This document shows, piece after piece, positions 54,801 through 64,000 of a stretch of DNA of 64,000 bases; the stretch's first letter is position 1, and each line of letters starts with the position of its first letter. The position numbers and the translations under genes were made by a program. The stretch lies in the NCBI GenBank assembly GCA_964036045.1, contig OZ038378.1, positions 3,534,001 through 3,598,000 of the forward strand, given 5' to 3'. The notes under the pieces were generated by a model. That model saw nothing but the letters and a program-made list of their open reading frames with translations, was not told the origin of the DNA and did not search any database. This stretch comes from Eutreptiella sp. 'Long Island Sound 2002'. Lineage: Eukaryota; Protista; Euglenida.

Positions 54801-56291
54801 GGGGAAGAGGGGGAGGATCCTCCCTCCTATGGCCGTCAGCCGTTCTAATACATCTCTGGGGTTAAGAGACCCTTCAATTGCAATTTCCATTCATCGATGA
54901 TGTGGATGATTTTCATCAATGGAGACAAACCCTTCGCTTTGCAACCACAGCCACCAAATTGATCATAACCCAATGCCCCCATGCTGCACAGCATAGGCCG
55001 CTGATCAACAGCACATCTCCATTACAAATTGGAGGTATTGGTGCAGAGTGTCAGGAAATCATTGCCTCTGGCACTCGCAGGGGGTTGAAATGCTTATTGG
55101 CACAGCAACACAGCGACCGGAGATCGCGACTTGACGCGCCATCAACACACATCCCCTCTGCCCATGTCACACCCAAAAATAGAGCGGTACTACTGTCTTC
55201 CTGTTTATTGGGCTTGAGGTAAGCGGGACAAGAGTCCAGCCCATCCCCCAAGAAGTGATGTCCATGCCCAGACCGTGGGTTGCCACACAAACACAAGTAT
55301 CTTCAGGGACCGAATGCTTCTCCCCTCCCCCTCGCACTGCCACGTCTCCAGGGGAGCCCTTGGACTGTGCGCACTGCGTGCTACTTTTAGACTAACCCCC
55401 CCCCCCCTCCCCGGAAGAGCTCCAGAGTATGTAGCATGCAGGCAGCACTTGCCGAACTATAAGTCATCAGGTCAACACGCTCGATTACTGGCGTTTGATT
55501 GTAGATATGGATGCAGTATTAATGACAGATGAATGCTTTGTGTTTCATCTAGATTGTCCATAGCATATCCCTTCGAACACGAGAACCGTTGCAGTTTGAA
55601 TGATGATTGCGCCGGAAGAGCTCCAGTCACACCCCTTCCAAACACACTCGAATTAGGCCACCCTAGCCCGAGAAAGTTGCAAGCTACCTTCCCTTCCCAT
55701 GAGACATCATGCAAATGGAAAAGGCCATGAATGGTTGGAGGAGGCAAGATGGCATGTTTGGACAATTGCATGGCTTTCTATGGTTTTGGATCCGAGGCAT
55801 TGCCCTCCAAGCAGCAGGGATGCAGTTGAACTATCTGCGGGAAGGCACATGCTGTGTGATGGCCCCCTGCTCCATTGGGGTCCATCCCTCAATACATGGT
55901 CCCGCATGCATATCACGTGATTCTCATGGGCTGGTGTACTAGATGCATTCCGGAGATATGCAACAAGGCCGCTCGCCCGAGAAAGGAGAATATGCGGTGA
56001 AAATGACCAAAAACATGTGTGACAAAATGCGAAAATTGGTGAAATGGGGTGCAAATCTAAACGTGCCATATCTTCAATGCAGAAGAAGCATCAAAAACCC
56101 GTTCTCAAACCACAATGATGCCCCTAGTATCACACAGTATGGGTGTCTAATACGGCCAGATGCCCAAATAGCTGCACTGCGCCTGCACTGCGCTAAGGGG
56201 GCCCCATCCCCCTCTTGATCGCACACCATCGCTCCCACTCCGACCAAGTCTTCCAGCCCAATACCTCCCTGGCTTCCCCCCACAAAGGGCA

Positions 56292-57089
56292 TCACGCCGT
56301 CGCCTGTTTCTGCGTGACCTCCAAGAAAGCCGCCAGCTCCTTGTGGCTCGCCACCACCGCGCCATAGTCCATGCGGTACTCCCGCCAGCCCTGGCCCTCC
56401 GTCCCCATCACATAAAACGCCTCGTGGTCCAGATGGAACACGAAGGCCCCGGTCAACGCCTGCCCGTACACCCGATTGCAGATGCGAAGCAGCTGCTCGG
56501 GGTCGCTGTTGAGTTTGGCAGCGAAGGCATTCGCCACCGCGGCGACCTTTGGGTACACCACGTCCCCCTCCAGAGTGGCCTTCTCCTTCTCGCCATCGGG
56601 GTGCACGTAGAACACCTCGTTGACCTGCAGCCGCCGCACGGCCCAGTCCTCCACGCTGGTCTTGCCCCGCTTCACCGCCAGCGGGTGCTCTGCAAAGTGC
56701 TGCGTGAAGGCCCCCGGGAGGTCCGGCTCTGGCAACGCCTGGACAGTTGCGTTGATGGACACGCGGGGGGCGCTGGCGCCGATCTGCTTGAAGCGCTGGG
56801 CCATGATGGGGTTGGTGTGGCCGACCGCGTAGTTCAGGAGCTGCGCCTCGTCGAAATCGTCAGCTTGGGTGGAGCCCATCGGAGCCGCCACGAGGACCTC
56901 CGACAGCTCCGCGGTGTGGCCCTCGGCGTCGGGCGACACGCGGTACGTGCAGGCGTGCAGTGCCAGGCCCGAGCTCACGGGAGGGGGCGCATCGACGGCC
57001 CCCATGTACATGAACTTGGAGACGGTGGTGAGCTGCCCCACGAGGTTTGCGGAGACGAGGCCCAGACAGCGGCGCGTGATATTCGCCAT
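56292..57089 (-). CDS. Intact intronless 265-aa protein: PNPOx/HugZ-like split-barrel domain plus C-terminal DUF2470-like domain (GluTR-binding/heme-utilisation-like family)
   Basis: GC-rich open frame with ATG at 57089 and AG acceptor tttgctgtag 35 nt upstream. Reads CLGLVSANLVGQLTTVS, PRVSINATVQAL, WAVRRLQVNEVFYVHPDG, then LNSDPEQLLRIC..AFVFHLDHEAFYVM..EYRMDY. Confidence 0.75.
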   Translation of the reverse strand: MANITRRCLGLVSANLVGQLTTVSKFMYMGAVDAPPPVSSGLALHACTYRVSPDAEGHTAELSEVLVAAPMGSTQADDFDEAQLLNYAVGHTNPIMAQRFKQIGASAPRVSINATVQALPEPDLPGAFTQHFAEHPLAVKRGKTSVEDWAVRRLQVNEVFYVHPDGEKEKATLEGDVVYPKVAAVANAFAAKLNSDPEQLLRICNRVYGQALTGAFVFHLDHEAFYVMGTEGQGWREYRMDYGAVVASHKELAAFLEVTQKQATA

Positions 57090-59329
57090 CGGAGGGCGAG
57101 GGCACTGGTGCAGCGGCACAGCGCCTACAGCAAACGCCAAAGTGAGTCCTGCTACAGGGGGCTGTACGGCGATGCCCGGGCCGTGATTCTGACCGGCGTC
57201 AAGAAGTGCGAAGTGACAACGAAGCCCAGAGCAGGGCACCTACCAATTGCAAGATTGATGTGGCAGGGACGGTGCTGGCGATGAGGCAGCACTGGGGCAA
57301 CGTCGGGGCCACTGTTGGCTTTGAGGCTGAGGCTAGTGATAGGAAAGCGTTAGAACACAGGGAAGGAGCGGGTCTGGGGGGAATGGACCCTCTTTCTTGT
57401 GTTATGGTAGTTGCAGTGCACGGCAAACATTGGACTACAATATCAGCGGCGTTGCAAACGTTGCAGAGGAACTCAATACAGTTGTGCGATGCCAAGCCCG
57501 GCATGAAGCACAACAACGGCACATGCAGACTTCTGCCATTTCCTACCCCGTGATAAGTAATGCATGTTGCCTTGGGTCTGCGCCTACACTATTCAATGTC
57601 TCCTGGTCTGGTTTTGGGTCAGAAATCACGTCTCCTACCCATAACCCTAGCATTGTGGACTAGTGATTCAGGCGTTATCAGTCAGGTGCATTACCAGTAC
57701 ATTCCTCTCGTTCGCTCTGCCAGACACTCCTCGGGGTGTAACGGTGCTCTCTGGGCTCACTTTGCAAGAATGCGGAAGTCAGGGAATATGGGGTTTGGCC
57801 ATAACGCGACGACGGTCGACACCCTCGGAATCACTCTGGGAAACACTCACAGTTCAGGGTCATATCAATATGGCTTTGGCCCCGGGGGTTGTTTGGTTGT
57901 TCGGCATATGGGTTTGGTGGCCCGTGCTCTCCTCCCCTAATTGTCTCCTCAGAGGCCTCTGTGTTCATACCAGCACTGCATGGAAGTTTTGCGCTTGACG
58001 CCATATGGCTGTGGAAAGATTCGGCTTCACTGACATTCTTGGGGTTCGAACCACGAGTGTTCGACCTTGAGTGCGTGCATGCTACGTGCATGCTGCTGCT
58101 AGGGCACTGTCCCTGGGGTGTACGTCATTCTTAAAAATTCCCTGTTCTTATGTTGCTTTGGGGGCACAACATGCAATTTTAGTACGCACAGAAAATCTAG
58201 TCTGCTTGCAGAGCAAAGCTCGAGTTGCAGACAGACCAGCTCAGGGATCAGTACCTGTTGATCCCTGCAAGGGACGCAGATTTTGAATGACTACACAAGC
58301 AGATGGCACTCCACTGCCCGCGATCGGCTGCACATTCGCAAGGGGCTTCATGTTTTCACACTTCAGTGGGCTGATCCTCCAACAATCGCCAAAAAAAAGT
58401 GAGGAGGTGTGGAACCCTACCGCGTGGGTCGCACCCATGACACTGACGTATTGATGGGTCTACTGCTGAAGTTGGCAGTCCGAACAACAATGGCTGAACG
58501 CTGCATAAACTGCCAAGGCACTCGCCCCAAATGGCCCAAACAAGCTTCACTTGGCCTCAGCAGCCCCCACTCGATGGGGACCCGACAATACTTTTTCAGC
58601 TCAAAACTATGCGTGGTTGCATTATCAAATACTGCGGTTCAGAATTTTCGATTGTTGAGCTGTTGCGGCCGAAAACTGCTGAAGCTCTTTGTCCCCCAAA
58701 GCCTTGGGAACCTCTCCCGGCACCGTATGGCCAAATAGGGTGACCGCACACAAGGACAAAAGAACACGTAAGAGGGTATAGAAGATGCTTTGCAGGTGAA
58801 ATTTGGTCATCGCAAGTAGTCACAATGTCAGAGAAATTGGTTCTGGATTTGTTGAATTGTGTTGAGGCTGAAAACTGCAAGCAGCTTGGACCCTATTTTC
58901 GGTGTAAACAGTGATTTTGCATCTTTCAGACGGGCATGGCCAGCGTCCTACAATCGGTACATCACAATGTTCCCGATAGGACGGGCGGCAGGGGGAGGGG
59001 GGGCTCGTGTACCAAACTGACAGCAATTCTTGTTCGTATGGCCAGGCAGCATCGGGCGTGGGGACTGTGGTTTTTTTTTTTGGGCAATTTTTCCCCTTGC
59101 CTTCCACCATTTGGAGTGGAACGCATAAGGAAAGGACTGTCCTGCCCGGCCACATGTATGATTTCAAGATTTAGTGGAGTAAGCTTTGTTCATGTTGGGC
59201 GGCCTTGGGGAGGTGGGATGGGACTGCTGTGCCCTACCCGTGGGATGCAAAAGGATGTGTTTTGCAGCCTGTAGACCTGCCTGGGACTGGGCATGGCCCA
59301 CCTGAAACATGCGAAATGATGCCTTACAA

Positions 59330-59810
59330 CAAAACCAGGAACCAAACTGCAGTTCTCAGCCTCAACAGCCCCTAAAATGCGAAAATGCAAAACCAATTTG
59401 TCTGACCGCTCACAATGATCAACGGTCACAAGGAAAGCATGTTCTTTGCCCTCTTTTTTTTATGCATTTTTCAACCCATCTGGCCATCGGGCGCCAAAAG
59501 GTGGACGACTAGTGCACAAACTCCTCAAGCAGCCCAACAGCCCAAAAAACAAAACTTCCAAAACTGATGCCCCGATCACTCACAATGATCAGGTATCACA
59601 GGGAACACATGTTTTATACTCTCTTTATTTGTGTTTCACCCTATTTGGCTATTTGGTGCCGGGGATACATAAACTGCTCAGACCAGTTTCACCCCCCCCC
59701 CCCCCCCCTCAGGCCTCAACAGCTCAAACCCACAAAATTGCAAAACCAACTCATTTGATGTTGTGACCACTCACAATGATCGAACATCACATGCAAAACA
59801 TGATTTATTG
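59330..59810 (+). repeat. Degenerate ~170-190-bp tandem repeat, about 3 copies
   Basis: CTCACAATGATC anchor at about 59409, 59579 and 59770, with similar flanks. Confidence 0.65.
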
Positions 59811-62683
59811 GGTGCTGGGGGGAGTAGGGCTCCCTGCTGGGTTGTCAATAGCGGAGGGAAATTCTAGGTCTTCTGGCCTAGCCACTACTTAATCTTGGTC
59901 GGGCCAAACGGCTTAATCTCCGCACCGCGCGCCACGTCAGGTGCTCCCCCACAGCATGTGTCCAAAATCAGCAAAAACAAGTTTCCATTGCGTCCCTTCA
60001 AAAGGCACCCAATCACCTCGGACAGGTCCCGAGGCCCCGCACGCAGGGGAAACGCCGCATTCCCCCGTTTGGGTGTGCTGTAGCCCATGGGTTTGGATTC
60101 CGGCCTTGACCCCTCAGGAAATCTGCATTTCGTCAAGCAACAGTATCCCCCACTGAGCCTCCGGTTGGGGATTCCACGGATCCCCTGCACTGAAAGTCCG
60201 TGTGTTTGGGGGTGCACTGAAAGTCCATGTGTTTGGGGGTGTGGACGGAACTTGGTTGACTGCAGCCGCCCACTTGGTTCGAATGGGGGAACACGGAAGG
60301 CCCACTTTGTGGTACGTTTTCAGTGCAATTCGCTGCGAAGTGGACCCCCCAAAGGCAATCGCAACCCACGAGGTACCCCATGAATTCCGTCCCCTGGAAG
60401 AGCGTTGGACCCAAAAGGGGTGGCTTGGACAGGGTGGGGGGCTGCGGCGCATGGGATGGCGCCCTTGGCCTCACATCGACTGACACGCAGTGTTTCGTGA
60501 ATAGGGGTGATGGTTTGAGATGGTTCAAGGGGCAGGCTCAGGGTCACAGATCAAGTGCTGCGCCCCCGTGACTACCAGTGCATCCCATTGCACCGCACAC
60601 AGGGGTAGGGGGGCGGTCCGCGGGCGTCGTACGTGCGGCCGGTGCTCAACGCCCTGTACAGGGTCTGGTCTTGCACGGAGAACCCGCCCGCTGGGCCCCT
60701 GCCCCACTCTTGGCAGCGGTTGCACACCAGTGGTACAAATGGACCACTACTCCCCAATCACTATCCCTGACCTGTGACCCATTGATGGGGGATCACGGTG
60801 GTTTTATCAAAGTTGCTCTGCACCCACCAATGCAGGCCAAATCTATTAGTTCAATCGTGAACATACCCGGAATGTGGGCTGACGGGTCGCGCCTCCACAT
60901 CACTGTTGGTTCTCTATAGTACGTTTGCATGCGGGTCCCTGCCTCTGTAGGGCTGGGCCGTCCCTCCTCCGGTATAACAAACCACAATCATGCGTTGTTT
61001 CCCTGCTTCCTGTGCTTCCATCTACTCGAATCTGTTGATGGGGGGAAGCAGTCAGGATTCAGGGGTAACAGAGCATTCAATGTTGGTGACATATATTGGT
61101 CACACGCGACCGACGAAGTCGGCATGGGCGGCGCCGTGAGGTGCTTACATCCGTGGAAAAGGAGTGGGCTGAATCGCCCGAGTCTACCTTGGAACCAGGT
61201 GAATTGATTCTGGGGTGTAGGCATCAGGGTGAGCCCCAAAATCATGAGGGGTGAGGGGGCTTGGGGGCCGACGTGTCACGCTGCGCCGGGCACATGTCCC
61301 CCATTGCTTTCTGCTTCCAATCTAAGGCGCTTGTGTGAATCTTGCTGGGCAGAGTCTGAGCCGACGTTTGGGCTCCTGACCCAACACAGTCGCCGCATCG
61401 AGCTGACATCAGCGGAGAATGAGTATGTGGAACATGGTGTTGTGTATGTGGTGATTGCCGTGTACCCTCCCAGGTCCTCCATGTCACCTTGACTTGTGAA
61501 ACAGACAGTATCATCGTCTCTTAGCACTGGGGTGGAGCCAGAGGGTAGTGTGGAACCCGCGTCTGATGCGGGGGTTTCACGGTTACCCATCAACTGGTAC
61601 CCCGGAAAACGTTACCCGTGAACTGCTGCTGGGTGATTGGTTTAGGTGTAATAGTCCCTCCCCAGGGGGGGGGGGGCAACCAAAGAACAACCCGTTCTTA
61701 CCTGCAGCCCCCGTTGGTGGGGCAGTGTTGTTTCACTCGAAGGAGAGTGGCAGTGGCGCCGTACAGGCATCATGAAGCTCCCAGGAAATAGGCGGGTCCC
61801 TGTTCTTGTTTGCTTGATGCTTTGTATGTGCGGGACCAGTGCATTGGACTGCTTTATTCATTCGTTGTACCTGCCCTTGACAACGGTGGTCTTGCTATTG
61901 TGGCCGGTAACGATGTTCCTGTTTCCCTTTTGTGCACACGTACAGGTGCTGCGTACGTACCAGCGACGACGCGGAGGGGGGTTTCTTGGGTTATGATGCG
62001 CGTGACCCCAAACTAAAAGTAAGCCGAAGGTCACTTGGGGATGGGGGGGGTTTAGGCCATGGCAAGCTGGCGAAGCCTGGTCACCAGGAGGCACTTGAGA
62101 AATCTCTCAGAATCAAGTATCAGGGCTGTCCGATGCAATGGGGGGGGGTGTTTGCCCGGCGCGCGCTACTTTTGTGTTAACTATCCCGACTGTAACCCCG
62201 GGTTCACCCTCCCCTAGAGGAGCCCCCCAAGTCGACCAAAGTGGACCGCAAACCTTCCCTACAAAGCACACTGCATAAGGGGAAATGGATAATTTCAACA
62301 TCAATGGGTATTACTTCTGCATGGGCTAAAAAACAATTTGTTCCCCACAAGTGTAATAATGCTCCTGGCACACACATCTGCCTCATCCTCTCCTTCATCT
62401 TGCATGGCAGCCGTCTTGCGTTTATCAGTCCAAACATGAGCCGGGACATGGTCCCATGGTCCATAACGAGGGTGACAGACCTGCCTCCGAATGCAAAATT
62501 GTGTGAAATGCAACAAAACACGCACGGACTGGTGCAACTCATCAGGGCCACCACGCCAGATGTTCCTAACCAAACCCCAATGCCACAACTGTCCTATACC
62601 ACCCATGCACATCATTGTACGACTGTTGCCGGGCCATCAAAGTTCCATTCTTTCTTCCAATGAAAGTAAAAGCAGGGGCCGGT

Positions 62684-62841
62684 CCAACCGGAAAAGGGGC
62701 CAGTCCATATCCCCAACTGAAAAAGGGCCAGTCCATATCCCCAACTGGAAAGGGGCCAGTCCATATCCCCAACCGAAAAGGGGCCGGTCCATATCCCCAA
62801 CCGAAAAGGGGCCGGTCCATATCCCCAACCGGAAAGGGGCC
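62684..62841 (+). repeat. 28-bp tandem repeat, about 5.5 copies
   Basis: GTCCATATCCCCAAC(C/T)G(A/G)AA(A/G)GGGCC(A/G) units start at 62703, 62731, 62759, 62787 and 62815. Confidence 0.93.
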
Positions 62842-63483
62842 ATGCAAAAAGCATGGATTAGGGCTCCATATCAAAAGTGGCCCAATAAAAAATCCCGGCG
62901 CGTGCCCGGCGCGCTGACGCTCCCCCTACAATTGTCCCACAACACGCTGTGGTAGCGGACATGACACGTAGTGAGGTTAAGCCAGGCAATGCGGTGGGAA
63001 CTGCCACGCCCATAGGCATCCCAGAGTGCTACTGGCGCACAAGAAAGACTGAAGGCTGAGTTAAAACAGCGGTGTGCCATGCACAGAGAAAGCATTACCG
63101 AGGAAGGAAGTCAATACTGAGGTGGAAAAGGTCGCTGTCCGCCTTGGACTTGGCAACACTGTCATCACTTGCACCTCAAAATGACCGCCACGTTGCGCGG
63201 GTAATTTTGCAACGCATGACTTGCGGCAAAACACACTTTATTCGGGGAGAGGGATCATGCAGCCGGAAGAGAGAGGGGCGGCTACACGACCCCTAAATCC
63301 CTATCGGGGGTACGCTCGCACACAGGCACCATCATGCCAACAGACTGTGATGGGCACGCCCGCGTCATACACATTCGTCCGGTGTGTCGCCAGCGACAAA
63401 ATGGCCGTGGAATGGGCACATTCCCCTGCTTTGAAGAAGGCCGCCGAATTTTGCAGAGCTGGGGGCCGGTTCCGAGGCTGCCA

Positions 63484-64000
63484 CTAAGGCGTGGGAGACT
63501 GTCTTGCTGTTGGAGAGGGTCGGGCCATCACACGCACTGCCTCCGTCGGTTCCTCGTCATCGGACAGCGAGGCCAGGGACGCAAAGGTGGCGGTGTCGGG
63601 GGTCTCGTTGTTGTCAGAGGAACAGGTGGACCCCGTTGTTAGCGCCGACGGGGAGCGGACCTTGCCCTGCCGCGCCATCCACCCGAGCTTGGGAGTCCCG
63701 GCGGCGTGCCGGGGGGCACCTGTCGGCGACTCGGGGGCGTCCAAGGGCAACGGGGCGGGCTTCTGCACCACCTCCGACAACAGCGTGTACAGGCTCGAGG
63801 ACTTGGGCACGTGCGTGTGAATGTAGTTCAGCACCAGCCCCACAGGCAGCCTCTCGTGCCCCGCGGTGCGCGCGGCGTGCGGGAGCTGCCGCAGGATCTG
63901 CGCGACCAGCTTCAGCACCTCCGCCTCCGCCGGCAGGTAGACGCCCGCCTCCACAACGATCCGGAGCACGCTGCACAAGGCGGGGAAGATGGGCTCGAGG
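63484..64000 (-). CDS. 3' end of a GC-rich host gene running off the window: helical domain plus S/T/P-rich tail, function unknown
   Basis: Open from the window edge (LEPIFPALCSVLRIVVEAG...) to a TAG at 63484. Codon style matches the 56292-57089 gene. Confidence 0.8.
   Translation of the reverse strand, partial: LEPIFPALCSVLRIVVEAGVYLPAEAEVLKLVAQILRQLPHAARTAGHERLPVGLVLNYIHTHVPKSSSLYTLLSEVVQKPAPLPLDAPESPTGAPRHAAGTPKLGWMARQGKVRSPSALTTGSTCSSDNNETPDTATFASLASLSDDEEPTEAVRVMARPSPTARQSPTP

Noticed and set aside
56343-57284. 313-aa plus-strand ORF overlapping the HugZ-like gene
   Set aside because: It is the antisense shadow of a GC3-rich gene and has no domain motifs.
59880-61500. Possible further retroelement or tyrosine-recombinase relic on the minus strand (similar debris at about 1950-2350)
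   Set aside because: The fragments are protein-like, but no diagnostic motif could be read.

Overview
Eukaryotic, intron-containing, transposon-rich DNA. A protist is likely and a euglenozoan is plausible, but the taxon cannot be proven from this window. (1) 1-16.4 kb: a spliced gene joins an R-S-E-type (cholera-toxin/ARTC-like) ADP-ribosyltransferase domain to nucleotide-identical 43-aa armadillo repeats across a 4.7-kb minisatellite-filled intron. Bases 1-5991 recur as a near-identical inverted copy at 10432-16423, across a 200-N scaffold gap. (2) 17.9-28.2 kb: (TA)n microsatellites are colonised by a ~1.0-1.2-kb non-coding element family with asymmetric subterminal inverted repeats, a fold-back MITE and a 5'-truncated LINE. 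(3) 28.4-38.3 kb: a decayed plus-strand gene cluster. Its best-preserved part is a spliced locus with two different 2OG-Fe(II) dioxygenase domains, one PhyH-like and one TET/JBP-like, associated with arrays of the palindrome CGTACG. Unidentified ORF relics and a pogo/CENP-B HTH relic follow it. (4) 39-52 kb: remnants of Penelope-like and Ty3/gypsy retroelements, a possible MULE, and a pogo-type DDE transposase. (5) 56-64 kb: one intact intronless gene (HugZ/GluTR-binding-like split barrel plus DUF2470-like domain) and the 3' end of another gene running off the window. Top leads are the PhyH + TET/JBP double-dioxygenase locus and the ART-ARM fusion. All domain calls come from motif recognition by eye; no database searches were run.
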